NCBI GenBank assembly: GCA_002269645.1
Contig: NIVC01001061.1
Coordinates: 124,001 to 188,000 of the forward strand
Source: Macrostomum lignano
Taxonomy: Eukaryota
Direction: 5' to 3'
Length of the DNA: 64,000 nucleotides
A program made the translations under genes and the position numbers. Every line of letters begins with the position of its first letter. Within the stretch, counting starts at the first letter, position 1. Below are positions 41,115 through 53,491 of this stretch, in pieces. The notes beneath the pieces are model-generated. The model saw only the letters and a program-made list of their open reading frames with translations, ran no database searches and was not told where the DNA came from.

Positions 41115-41765
41115 AGTTACGGTAACATGTGACCCTGAACAAACGGTAACAAACTACGGTAACATTGATCGATAACATGTGACCCTGAACAAACGGTCAC
41201 AAAATACGGTAACATTGATCGGTAACATGTGACCCTGAACAAACGGTAACAAAATACGGTAACATTGATCGGTAACATGTGACCCTGAACAAACGGTAAC
41301 AAAATACGGTAACATTGATCGGTAACATGTGACCCTGAAGAAACGGTCACAAAATACGGTAACATTGATCGGTAACATGTGACCCTGAACAAACGGTCAC
41401 AAAATACGGTAACATTGATCGGTAACATGTGACCCTGAACAAACGGTCACAAAATACGGTAACATTGATCGGTAACATGTGACCCTGAACAAACGGTAAC
41501 AAAATACGGTAACATTGATCGGTAACATGTGACCCTGAACAAACGGTCACAAAATACGGTAACATTGATCGGTAACATGTGACCCTGAACAAACGGTCAC
41601 AAAATACGGTAACATTGATCGGTAACATGTGACCCTGAACAAACGGTCACAAAATACGGTAACATTGATCGGTAACATGTGACCCTGAACAAACGGTAAC
41701 AAAATACGGTAACATTGATCGGTAACATGTGACCCTGAACAAACGGTAACATGTGACTGAACAAA
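41115..41765. repeat. 50-bp minisatellite gtaacatgtgaccctgaacaaacggtcacaaaatacggtaacattgatcg, ~13 copies
   Basis: Direct inspection. Confidence 0.95.
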
Positions 41766-43355
41766 CGGTCAAAAATAATTTAACTATGAACGGTATCATG
41801 TTACCTTATTATCATGAACATGAACGGTCACAATCATTACAGACCACGGTATCAAGTGGAACGGTAACAGCCCCTTTTTGTGACCGTTTCGTTTTATACG
41901 GGTATTTGATGCGGAAGTCTACATGTAGGCCCAGATAGATTTGCAGAAGAGAAAGCTAATGAAAAATAAGTGTCACAGAGCGATAGAGCCACCTTGTAGA
42001 ATGAAATTAGATAGAGGTATGCGGGGACATCTAATCTACGCAAACTAAGTCTACTCTAAGCAGTGTGAGCTCAGTTGAACAGCTAAGCTGAAGGTGAGGA
42101 TTGCAGTGGACCTAATGGCCAAACAGTACTCAGTCAATCAATCAATAATTTCAAATCAGAATTTAAGCCAGTCATGTACTTCAGTGCTGATTGAGGCATC
42201 AAAGCGGCTTATCTAATGTAAGACTATTCTGCATTAGCGCTATTGGAGAGTTTGCAGTCACATTTACGGCCAGAAGCTTGCAAATATAGGAATTTGATAA
42301 TGAAATAATAGTACACCATGTAGTCTCGTCTTGCAAGAATTCCCTGCGAAATGCGATCTAAGTCCCAGCATCGGCTATGGCTACGAAATTGGCGGGTAAA
42401 AAAATATTGGCAGGTTGGTTCGGAGCCCCTTCTACTCGGAATGCCGATTTCGAGAGAGCTGGTTTGGTGAGCCACAGTTCGCACGGGCTGTTTGGTGGCG
42501 GATTAGCCTAATCTCTGGATTAGCTGATCTCTGCCTTTCAATTTTTCCCGATTTGTCTCTCGCTGTCCTCTAGCTAAAGGGACCCAGCTTGCTCGCCTCA
42601 TCTATGCTACCTTGAGGGGGGCAATCTGACAAGAGTAGGAGGCCGGAGTATGAAGTGATTGATTTCTATTTTCTGAGTCTCGACAAGCCTATCAAGGGCT
42701 TACAAAGGCCAAAGCCTTCATAGTAGTGTTACTTTTGGCAGCTTGCTACTCATCAAATCTCCACTTCATCACAAAAACGTGTATAATTAGTCAACGAATG
42801 GGAATATCTGTGAGTAAACAGTAAGTTCGGATCTTCAGGGAATTGAAAAGTTCATTTACTGGTTCATCTTCGAAATGAGAAGAATAATTGATCCTCTAAT
42901 AACTCGTTTGTCATCCCATTTGTTTCGTTTCAGCATGGTCTGAAGATTTGAGTGCAGCCCGTGCTCAGGACGAGCAGTGAAGTGAAAGGGGAATTAATTC
43001 AAAGCTGTCTTGAGGCTCAGTGAATACTTAGAAGTACAATGCAAACTTCTTTGTGTGAAATTAGTAATTCTGCTTGGAAAACCATTCTTTTATAAATAAT
43101 TCTTACTTGCGTCCAATGTCTGATTAAAGCCAAAGGTAAGAGGCGAGATTGCGCCTTACGGATATGCAAATGCAGATGATGACAGCCCGCTCTATTGGCT
43201 AGCTCGGGCTCAAGCCAATAGAAGCCTCTAATCTTTGAATAAGCCCAAAACCGACAGCAATATGGCCGGAATGACGGGCTCTAAAATCTAAGACAACAGA
43301 AGGTAAACAATTCAGCTTCAATTGAAAGCGTCTGAGCGCGTCCGAAACTTCGAAA

Positions 43356-44651
43356 ATGCTGCAATTTCCGCTCTATTACAGACTCGTTAACTGCAGCGAG
43401 CAGCCTCTGCTTAGCGAAGCCAGCAGTAACTTGAGCAACTGCACCAGCATGGACTGCCCGGAGCTGCACACCCAGGCCTGGCTGTTCCTAGCCTTCAGCT
43501 GCTGCATAGTCTTCCTTGCAATTGCTGGCCGCTTTCTGGCTCTGCAAAACCGACGCGCCGACTCGGAGCTGGTTTGCGCTCTGCGACGACTATTGGCTAC
43601 GGAGGTGAGCATCGCCATCTGCTTGCTGGTTGACAGCGGCGCCATGCTGGGCCTCCGCCTGTGCTCTGAGTACCCCCTGGTGCGCATTGGTCTGCCGGGC
43701 AGCCTGGGGCTCGGCCTCAACCAGTGGCTAGCGTCCGTGCTCCTGTTCCAGCGCAACTGGCTGCTGGCTCTCGTTGCATTCCGCCGCTGCTGCCTGTTCC
43801 GCAGTCGTCTACCCGGCGGTCGGACGATGGAAGCTGGCTGGCGGCGCCGCTGCTGTTGCATCGTTCGGATTCGGCGGCGTCGACAGGACAATCGACTTTG
43901 TCGAGGTGAACTTAATGTTGAAAGAGTCGAAGTAGTTCTGCGACTGCGCGCGCCGGATGACGCAGGGGAGATTGAGCGCGGAAACTGCGAAACAGCTGGA
44001 AATTTGGAGGGAGTCCGCCATTACGAACGCAACGAGCGCGATTTCGAAGAGGGACAGGTGGGCGAGTGCGACTGCGAATGCCGCTGCGGTAGCGAAGATG
44101 GCGCAGTTGGGAACAGATTCAGCTGGCGGCTGCTGCTAGCCGTCGGGTCCGCCAGCTGCGCCAGCCTGCAGTCCCTTGGCGTGGCCGGGGTGGCCTGCGC
44201 CGACTACAGCAGCTTGTGGCCGCCAAGTCAGCAGCCGGTGCTCGTCGAGCCCCTGCTGATCAGCGTCGGCGCCAGTCCGGGCCTGCATGCGGAGCTGAAC
44301 GCCGCCGTGGTGATGCCGCTGCAGTCGGTGCTGCCGCTGACTGTCGGCGTGGTGGCCTCCGCGACGATGCTGGCGCAGCTGAGGCGGCGCTGGCGCTACC
44401 GACGCTCCTTCTGGGCGCTGCTATCGATGAACGTCGGCCAGGCGGCTCTGTGCTTGCCGGTCCTGCTGCTGCGCCTCATCGAGCTGGCTAACTACGAACG
44501 GATGAACCGCCTGTTCTGGGTGAGCAACTTGCTGAACTGCTGCCTGTCCTTGGGCTGCGTGCTGGCTTATTTCTATCAGTGCACCGAGTGCTGCGACCGA
44601 GGCGGCGGCGGCGGTGGCGGCGCAAGAAAAAGTCGATCTTGGCGCCGTTGA
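43356..44651 (+). CDS. Intronless orphan 7TM receptor (divergent rhodopsin-like GPCR), 431 aa
   Basis: N-terminal N-glycosylation sequons (NCS, NLS, NCT) and seven hydrophobic segments. TM3 ends LVAFRRC (DRY position), TM5 has ..LP, TM6 has ALCLP and TM7 has SNLLN. Confidence 0.6.
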   Translation: MLQFPLYYRLVNCSEQPLLSEASSNLSNCTSMDCPELHTQAWLFLAFSCCIVFLAIAGRFLALQNRRADSELVCALRRLLATEVSIAICLLVDSGAMLGLRLCSEYPLVRIGLPGSLGLGLNQWLASVLLFQRNWLLALVAFRRCCLFRSRLPGGRTMEAGWRRRCCCIVRIRRRRQDNRLCRGELNVERVEVVLRLRAPDDAGEIERGNCETAGNLEGVRHYERNERDFEEGQVGECDCECRCGSEDGAVGNRFSWRLLLAVGSASCASLQSLGVAGVACADYSSLWPPSQQPVLVEPLLISVGASPGLHAELNAAVVMPLQSVLPLTVGVVASATMLAQLRRRWRYRRSFWALLSMNVGQAALCLPVLLLRLIELANYERMNRLFWVSNLLNCCLSLGCVLAYFYQCTECCDRGGGGGGGARKSRSWRR

Positions 44652-45092
44652 GTGTTTTTAAGGTGAACTTCGTAGAACTGAGACTTAATTAACTTTGTTT
44701 TTGCCCCTGACAGTCACGTACTACCTTCTTGAGATGAATTTTTTGTTTGTTTTTGTTTTCAAGTCAACCGAAAAAGCAGGACTAGAACATCGAATTGGAA
44801 GGTAATTGCTTTTTTTCTTTGGTTATTCAGGCAATTTGAATTGCTGAGTTTCAATATTTTCGTGGGCTTGATTAGTTGAAATAAATGGCTAGAATTCCCC
44901 CCTTTCCCCCACTTGTTACATTTATTTTGCCTGAACGGATGGTGGAAGTGACATCATGGGGAACGTCTTCATCTGAGACTGGGAGCAACTTGTGTACCAC
45001 GGGGCTACTGTGCCAGCTGGTGACGCACCGGGACTCTCCTGTTTTTCCATCTCGGATTTCCATTTTTATTCCCCCAACCTTCCTGTGGGATG

Positions 45093-45370
45093 CTTTCACA
45101 AGGTCGAAATTTCATAACATCGAAAACTCAAATAGCAGCCACTTTCACAAGGTCGAAACTTCACAATGTCGAAAATTTTATATAACAAGAACCATACAGT
45201 AGTTTTCTACGTTGTGAAATTTCGACCTTGTGAAAGTGGCTGCTATTTGAGTTTTCGATGTTATGAAATTTCGACCTTGTGAAGTCTCTTGCTTAAGTTT
45301 TCGATGTTGTGAAATTTCGACCTTGTGAAATAGTTTACTTTTCGACGTTGTGAAATTTCGAGTTTGTGAA
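45093..45370. repeat. Foldback inverted repeat (~83-bp arms, ~27-nt spacer) plus extra direct copies of its internal motif
   Basis: 45093-45175 is nearly the exact reverse complement of 45203-45284; the internal motif ttgtgaaatttcgacc is repeated. Confidence 0.8.
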
Positions 45371-46029
45371 ACCCCCCTTCCTGTGTCCCTCTTGGGGGAC
45401 ACAGCCCTGCAGCTGACCCAGGTATGTCAAGAGTATCGATTTAATGAAAGATTTAATCACAGACGAGGTGACTGCTTCACAGTTTGGTTCACGAGCCTCC
45501 AGGAACTGGAGAGCAGGTATAATTTTTTTAAATGCTGCATGCAACACAAAGAATTCATGCTGAGTGATAGAATCGTCACCCGACACCGCGACACAAGCGT
45601 TGTGGAGAAGCTTCAAGAGTAACGCAAAGAAGAAGAGCCGAGCCGCACTAATCCTTGGTGACAAAGCGTATTCAGGAAACCAAGGACTACGCTCGTAAAG
45701 ACCAACTCCACACTAAAGCAAATTACAATCCAATACAATGAGCAGACGGCCAACGCCGAACCAGAGCAATGCAACGGTTGCCTCCGTTGTATCATCTTCT
45801 CAAAAATTCGAAGCAAATACCAATAAGCAACAGTTGAAGTTAGCGAATCTTTGCTACCAGTCGATCCAGTCACAGAGCTAACCTACATGTACGGAAGAAA
45901 CGTCGACCTTGTTGAGTTGACATCTTTCTCTACGAGTTTTGCGTTGTAAGACGGTTTTTTATTTGCTCGATGACGACATCTGGTTCCAAAGAAGTTCAGA
46001 AAGCAAACACTCTACCGGTAGAAACATTT

Positions 46030-46750
46030 ACGGATGCAAAAATGATGCCAAAAGATGGTAGAGCAAAGAAACCGAGTAAGGCGGTGCGTCGAACTTTCGT
46101 GGAGAAATGTCTTGGTGAGATGGAGGACCTCATTTTAAGGCGAAATGTTTTCAGGACATCCTGTCAAGTTGGAACTGTCGAGCAACGCACGTGCCACATC
46201 ACCTTTAGAGATGGTAGAGCGCAAGAAATTAGGAAGCTGCTCTGAGGTTGCAGGAATTCAATCTTTGGTATCTGGGAGAAACTTTGGCCTGTTGATTTAC
46301 CTCGAAACCAGGGCTGGGCGAGTACTGTGCTGTGTTGGGGTGACCGAATACTCGCGGTGCTGTGTACTCGGTCACCCCTGGGTTAGGCTGCTCAGTACTC
46401 GATACTCGGAAGTGACTCAACTCTTGCTCAAAACCCGAGATACAATGAGGTGGAAAATCTTTAGCCCAGTCAGTCAGAGAAATTTGGGATGAAAATCTAT
46501 ACGAGAACGTTTGCACCAGAGGGGCAGAAGCAGGCGAGTATTTTAAGGCAAAGAAAAAGCAACGAAGTATTGCGTACATAACAAAATTGCGCACTCGCTG
46601 CCTCAAATTAAGGTTCAGGGCAATTGGTTGTAGTGCAAGACTCTCCGGGCGGAAAGGTGGGACAAATATGGCGTAGTGCGCCGGGGCCGGAGAGAAACAG
46701 GAAATTTATTCAGAAAAGAACTCCCGTTGAGCGGAACCAGGGCAAGGACC
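46030..46750 (+). mobile_element. Highly degraded Ty3/Gypsy integrase C-terminal remnant
   Basis: Frame-broken fragments resembling PHHPQSNGRA, VLGHP, YNKIAHSLPQI, LVVVQD and RWDKYGVV. No LTR pair identified. Confidence 0.4.
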
Positions 46751-46805
46751 ACTAGAAGTTACCATTGAACCTTATGTTGCTACATGTACATGTTGTTGCT
46801 GCAAA

Positions 46806-47010
46806 GCAAGTTTAGCTAGTGTAGCATAGCTGAATACACGTAAGTTTAGCTAGTGTAGCATAGCTGAATACACGTAAGTTTAGCTAGTGTAGCATAGCTG
46901 AATACACGTAAGTTCAGCTAGTGTAGCATAGCTAAATACACGTAAGTTATAGCTAGTGTAGCATAGCTGAATACTCGTAAGTTAGCTAGTGTAGCATAAC
47001 TAAATACTCG
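46806..47010. repeat. 34-bp minisatellite aagtttagctagtgtagcatagctgaatacacgt, ~6 copies
   Basis: Direct inspection. Confidence 0.9.
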
Positions 47011-47929
47011 TAAAGCGAGCCTTCAAATAACTGCAATATTTAGCTGAATCGTACAATTGCTATCCTGATTGATACAACCGTAACTTCTACTAGTGGTCCT
47101 TGCACCAGGGTTGCACAAGAAGACTTAATTTAACCGAATGGTCTGGACACCAGACCGTTTTGAGTTTGACCCCCGGAAGAAGAATAACTTACTTAAGAGT
47201 TTTAATTAACTTAAAATGCAAGCAGCCTAAATGTCCCGGGGGGGGCTTTCGATGTGATCAAAGCTAACAAAACGGCTAACAAAAGATTACATATTATAAC
47301 TACTTCATCACTCGCGCAATGGAAAATTAGCCATAAAACTCGATGCGATTGCTGTACAGCAGACTTCAGATATTTGAAGTCTCTTAGCCGAGTGTGATGC
47401 ACTCCTGCAGGCAACAGATCAAAGCCAGAGCAGACGGAACTCAGTAGAGAGAGAGAGAGAGAGAGAGGGGAGCTCAGTAGATCTGATTAAAAGCCGTCCG
47501 CAAGCCGCGCATTGAAATGCAGAAGTTGTCGGATTTCATAATCCCCATCTGCACCAAAGAGACTCTCCTCAGAGCTTGGGCTGCGCCGCCACCCGCCAAT
47601 TTGATGAAGATAATAAGTTTCGGTAGTCGAGCCGCGGGGAATTTATAATAGCTATAGTGGTCAGATAAGAGAAATACGAAAAATGAATACAAATACCTTA
47701 GCATGGTCATGGCAATTCTGCCCATTCCTCTGACTCCTGAGCACAATACTGTACTTTCTATGGGTCTGCTTCTCTACAGTTCAAAAATAGCCTTTATCAA
47801 AGCCTTCAATAATAAGTATTTAAAATTTAAACTCTGGTAACTCTCCGCTACCAGAAAAGCTTTCAATTTGATGATCTGATGATCATGCAGAGTATCATCC
47901 TGCATATGTGAAACTGCTGGACACCTGTA

Positions 47930-48460
47930 GGTGAGAAGTGGAGAACAAAAGATGTTGGCTGTTCACGACCACCTCGTGATATGCAAAGAATTCTGTGACA
48001 GCCAAATCGATAAGAAGTTTTCTACTATTCACAATTGCCCAAATGAGTACAGTTTAAATGTGCTTGAGGCCCTGTACATAAAATCCCGAAAGCCTATTAT
48101 AAATAAGCAACTTCCCTATCATTGTGCTAGTACGTACTCTCTCTCTCTCTCTCTCTCATAAGCTCCTCTCTCTCTCCTCTCTCTCTCCCTCTCCCCCCTC
48201 TCTCTCCCTCTCTCTCCCTCTCCCTCTCTCTCTCTTTACCTCTCTCCCTCACTCACTCTCTACCCCTCTCTCTCCCCTCTCCCTTTCTCTCTATCTATAT
48301 CTATATAAAAATAATACATCAATCATCAAAGTTTCTAATTCCTTATGAGCCTGACGATGCCTGACGCGAGGTGAAACCATGGACCACTGTAGTAGGCTTC
48401 AGTAGTAGTCGTCTACTACAGCTACAGTGGTCCTTGGGCGAAGCATGTCGCTAATCATTC
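47930..48460 (+). mobile_element. Penelope-like element 3' fragment (GIY-YIG C-terminus and pLTR)
   Basis: HDHLVICKEFC...F......LNVLEALYIKSRKPIINKQL matches the PLE endonuclease terminus. It is followed by (CT)n and a hammerhead-like motif. Confidence 0.7.
48345..48458 (+). ncRNA. Degenerate minimal type I hammerhead ribozyme motif in the Penelope pLTR
   Basis: ATGAGC-CTGACGA-T-GCC...GGC-GAAG-CATG-TC-GC(TAA)TCAT. The core GAAA is mutated to GAAG and stem II is extended by an internal hairpin. Confidence 0.45.
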
Positions 48461-50820
48461 GAGAATGCTCGTTCTTAGCTCTTTTTTCTACCCTTTGCAA
48501 AACGCGCAACTTTGCCAGGATAAACAGAAAACTCTTTTGATCCTAGGCCAATTAGGTGAATAATGTGATCTCAGCTGCTTGTAAAATGATTGTCAAACAC
48601 TATCAGATCTACTTCAGTGATTTGCAATGCGAATGTGAAGCAGGGGCAGGGTGGACAAGCAAGAAAAAGCTAAAATATGGCGCGAGTCAAAGCGAACCGT
48701 ATCCACTGACTGCGTGCAGGCAAGGGCGCCGCTATTCTCAAATGATTTTAAAAGCAGTCGAGCCGGTATTTAGGGGATTATGCAAAGGGGTAAGAGGCAA
48801 AGCTGCCGTCTGCTTGAGGGATTTGTGTGTCGCTTAATTAGCGGGAATCGGGCCATCCCCACGGCCCTAAATCCTATAACCCCACTCTCGTTGCGTTTCG
48901 AATTGTACAGTTAAAAGAGCTCCAACCACACATTTCGCTAACAAGAACCACTACACCTTTTCACGTTCAAAGACCGAAAGGTTTGGTCTTTCCTCCCGTA
49001 GGGTTTAGCCATAGACAAAAAGCCTATGTTACTCTAACCGTGAGTTTAGCCCACGCGTTAACGCACTCGTGCCATAGACTATTTACCCACTCTGAACCAA
49101 GTGATATATTAATTGAAGCCTTCTCACTGCTTTTAGCCATAGACATAGATGGATTGGAATTAACCGCACGGCTAGGAGGGGAAAGACAGCTTGACATGGG
49201 TTCTCATGCAGGAAGCTTGAGTTTTACCATAGACTAAGACCATAAGAGATTATAAAAGGTTGCGTTTGGCCAGACAGACAGACGAGACGAGAAAGACAGG
49301 AGCCGAAAATGTCTCGAACCACTGGACTTATTGACCTCTCTAAATTTCCAAACGGAATGATTTCGGGTCTTACGGCACGGAGATAGAACAGGCTTTGGAC
49401 TGGCATGGAGTGACGGCGCTGGTTGATGAGCAACTGGGTGTCTCTGGCGATTTTGACGAAGATCTCGACGAGGCAAGCAAGATCGACTCTTCGAATTGTT
49501 ACCGGAGACTGACGGACCTGGCCAGGAAGAAGTTGCACTGACGAAATCGGACCAAGGATTTGCAGAAGCTCGAGAAGACAACCTGTTTTGAAGGAATCAA
49601 AGCGACAAGAAGTTCTCTACTTGGGCTTCTTTCGAACGATAATGTCTGCATATCCGGCCATGATCTGACCTGAAAGACCTGACAAAAGTTGCTTTAATAG
49701 ATAGTGCATCTGAGAAGGCTATGGCAATGTCAATGCACCAAACGCTCGATTTGATTAACCTACTGAAACTATTTAATGTATCGTCATTGAAGAAGACTGC
49801 GAATCTATTTGAGGACTAGAAAAAGCGTATCATAGAAACAAAGAGGAAAGAGATTATTGACGGTATAAAATGTAGATGTACGATTGCACTTTAAATCTGA
49901 TTTTTCAGTCACCCAAACGAAGCAATGCGTCCGTCAATAAAATCCTGATCGGATTTCGGACGTCACTTCAGTCTGGCACGTCAACGCTGGCAGAGACGGC
50001 TAAAGCGGAGTGAAAATTTAATTTGTTATAAGCTGTACAAGGAGCTTTGACCGAAATTTCAGCTCATCTGAAAATTGCTGGTCGTTCACAGTGCGCAGCC
50101 CAGGAATTTTTTCTAAAGCCCTCATACTTGGCTGCATTAAAAGCACCCGAAGAAGCCTTACAGTGCGTTGGCTGAATGAAATCCCATGAGACAGTGCTCT
50201 GAAATAAGCCAGAGATGTCGAACTTCTACTGTTACCACCCAACACATGTTTGGTTGCCATCCACTTCATTGAAGCTGTATTTAGACTCAACGTCATTGCA
50301 TCTGGACATCATGAGTGCTTTTAGGCAAAAAATTCATATCACTATCGAAATTCAACCGTTAATATTAAAATCGTTTTATTGGTACTGCCAGGTGTTATTA
50401 ATAAGAACATGATTGTGAAGCATATTATTGTTACAATATCACTAACCATATAATCATTAGTATTACTGCTTTCAATGACTTGGTAAAATATATAATATTA
50501 GTATTCGAGTCTTCTCAAGTCTTTCGACTGGTTACGTCTTATGAAAATTATGTCTTGTGAAGATATTGGCGTTGCAAAGATTGGTGCATGGAACTTTTTT
50601 GGCTTTGTGAAATTTAGGTCTTGTGAAAGCAACCGAATGTGTAGCGTTTTATACTACTTAACTGATAGTAGCTTGCACGCCAATTCGCTAACAGGTGAAT
50701 GAAATAGGATAACATTTCAAATATCAAAACGGGGATCTAAAAAATATTTTTGCATTCGGAACGCCTTTCACTTCGCAAGTCCAAGGCAACTGGGGTTCAG
50801 CTTCACTGCCTGTCCCACTG

Positions 50821-51579
50821 TCAGAACACTGACTGGCACTCGCAGATGTACCGCAGACTCCAGCTGCAACTCGTGTCGTCGATGCCTCCAGCGCGGTAGC
50901 CGCGATAAAGGCTGGTGCAGTGCCGGGCTGAGCCGCCGTTGGGCTCCGCTTCATGCCAAACCGAGGACACGAGAGGCTGACTGCAGGCAGCCCAAACCCA
51001 GCTGGAAAGCGAGTTCGAATATCCGTAACCACCGATGAAGTACGAGAATGAGCTGTCTGTGAGCTGCTGTTTCAGAGAAACCAGGTACTCGGCTTCTTCG
51101 AGGTCGATTGCGTCTGCGAACTTCGACAGTCCGGGATCTGCTTGGCATCTCGTCTGAGCGACATCCCAGCTGACTGACTCATTCGTGACCACCTTGTACG
51201 AGGTGCCGTATCTCGTGTGCTCGTATCCGGACGGACACAGGCGACCCGGAGGTACGCCGGGCAGAGACCTCACATACACAGTCACCTGATGAGTGCAGCT
51301 CGGCACAGACTGCACACGGTGACTGCACGCATCGAACAGGAACAGCTTGCACTGACAGGCGCCAGCTGTCAGCACTGAGAAGGCCTGACACTTGTCCTTC
51401 CTAGCGCAGGCGAGGCTGCATTCGAGCGGAGTGCACAGACCGGACACGATGCTGGTGAAGTCGGAGCTCACGCAGTCCAGTCCGGTGGTTCGGTGGAATT
51501 TCAGCCTGGCGGAGCTGCAGGACTCGGACAGCACCGCTGGGACCAGAGCAGCGACCTGAAGCAGTTGGGGCAGAAGCAT
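50821..51579 (-). CDS. Secreted PAN/apple-like + C-type lectin protein, copy A (EPN motif)
   Basis: Signal peptide MLLPQLLQVAALVPAVLS; Cys-rich PAN-like module (C..ACARKDKCQAFS); CTLD with SWDVAQTRC, FIGG, W...EPN, C...DD.SC....YICE. Intronless. Confidence 0.85.
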   Translation of the reverse strand: MLLPQLLQVAALVPAVLSESCSSARLKFHRTTGLDCVSSDFTSIVSGLCTPLECSLACARKDKCQAFSVLTAGACQCKLFLFDACSHRVQSVPSCTHQVTVYVRSLPGVPPGRLCPSGYEHTRYGTSYKVVTNESVSWDVAQTRCQADPGLSKFADAIDLEEAEYLVSLKQQLTDSSFSYFIGGYGYSNSLSSWVWAACSQPLVSSVWHEAEPNGGSARHCTSLYRGYRAGGIDDTSCSWSLRYICECQSVF

Positions 51580-52214
51580 CTCGTGAGACAGTCAGTATCT
51601 GAGGACAGCTTGAAAAGCAGAGAAGAATATTTTTAGTCCAAAGGATTTGCCTACCGCTCGGAGCTGACACGATTGTGGGAAATGTGAGCGAATATATAGA
51701 CAATGGACTCGGCAAACATCGGGTAGACTACGAGTAGACTGCTAGTTTAAGAAGGCACAGAGGCAGGCACTTTTTATGTTTGCAAATTCACACCTGCGAG
51801 TTGACACAAAATACTATCAAATTGCATGGGATATTGGAACGCTTGCATAGCTAAAAGCAATTCCCAACGAGACGACCCAGAAAGCCCAGAAAAAGTGAGG
51901 GAACCAGTGCCTTTTCGGGTTTTTTATAATGCTTGCCTTTAGTTCTGCCCATGTGATTAAATGATGTAGTAGCCTAAGGAACTTTGCAGACTACGGAAAA
52001 AGTGCTATAGAGTGCTGCTTTTAGTGATTCGGCAGAATCCAAGCTTCAGACAAGCTATGCATGCCAGAAAGCTAAAAAGGGAAAAAACTTCTCAAGCAGC
52101 ACATAAAACCGAGTGCAAATTAATGCCTCATCTAATGGCATCTGCTTAGTGTAGCCTCCATCTATTCTGATCCTTCTGTTCTTCTAAACTTCTAAATGAG
52201 TCTTTCTTTGTGCC

Positions 52215-52592
52215 CCAGAATCTGTCTTAGTGTCTGTCATAGTTTGTGTCTTAGTTTTAATCCTTTGTGTCTCAAAGCTTTTGTCTAAGTGTCTGTCTCA
52301 GTGTCTGTCTTAGTGTCTGTCTCGGTGTCTGTCTCAGTGTCTGTCTTAGTGTCTGTCTCGGTGTCTGTCTCAGTGTCTGTCTTAGTGTCTGTCATAGTGT
52401 GTGTCTTAGTGTGTGTCTTAGTGTGTGTCTCAGTGTCTGTCTCAGTGTCTATGTCAGTGTCTGTCTCAGTGTCTGTCTCAGTGTCTGTCTCAGTGTCTGT
52501 CTCAGTGTCTGTCTTAGTGTCTGTCTCAGTGTCTGTCTCAGTGTCTGTCTTAGTGTCTCTCTTAGTGTCTGTCTCGGTGTCTGTCTTAGTGT
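52215..52592. repeat. 12-bp repeat tcagtgtctgtc
   Basis: Direct inspection. Confidence 0.9.
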
Positions 52593-53491
52593 GGGTCTTA
52601 AATTTATCTCATTTCTCCTATAATTGCAATATTTTCAGTAGGCTGTGAGCACACTTGTGAGCACACTTGTGAGCACACTTGTGAGCACACTTTTTGCATG
52701 ATGGTGCTTACACTGATTCACGATGCGCCGCCCACTGTGGGGATGAATGCTGCCTCAACACACCAGCGCCATATCTTAGCTTCACCTTAAACCCTAATTA
52801 CTGCTCAACCAATTGATGCAGCCGAAACTCCGAAACTGTCTTAATTAGTCTATAGTTACTTTATTCTCTTCCTCCGAGAATATTGCTACGTCAATATGTT
52901 AGTTACATCATGCTGAATACAAAGCTCTGTGGCCCTGTCAGCGTGCAGTTGTTGCTGTCCACTCGAATATGCATCGCAAATCGTTTCAGATTTCAGATTT
53001 TTTGATCGATTTACAAATTAACTGGTCCCCAGCTGCTGTCAGCACAGATGAATGAGCTGCTGGAGAGCTGATCAGGACAACAACTAGAAATTTCTGGATT
53101 AAAGAGAGCTTAGATGAGCAGGTGTCATTTATGGGCAAATTGGCTTTTAATGGAGAAAATATTTAAATGACCAGATGGTCTCGCTTTGATTTGAGCCAGG
53201 CTGCGTGTAACACACATAGGAACACAGGGTCTGCGGCACCCTTCCTGATCTCCGCAGTTAGTAGTCTGTAACCTAGTGCTGCAATGGTCTAAAAATTCAA
53301 ACTTTGTTCGAGGCTCCGATATACTAAAACATAAAACTTAGCATCAGGGACTCGGAGATAAGCATCATCATTAAAAAAACATTCATTTGCGGAGCAACGG
53401 AGCAAATCGACGAAAATGATCAAGGAGTATATTTGGCAAAACTACTCAGCAGGTTCAGTAGCGTGTTTTGCGCATTCCAACCGTTTTATTG

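Noticed and set aside
41115-41765. Regular 50-bp array as a possible CRISPR or ORF cluster
   Set aside because: Head-to-tail near-identical units with no spacers; the ORFs are repeat artefacts.
49300-49700. Possible degraded gag-like coding remnant on the plus strand
   Set aside because: Short frames with stops, no diagnostic motif and no LTR or PBS identified.
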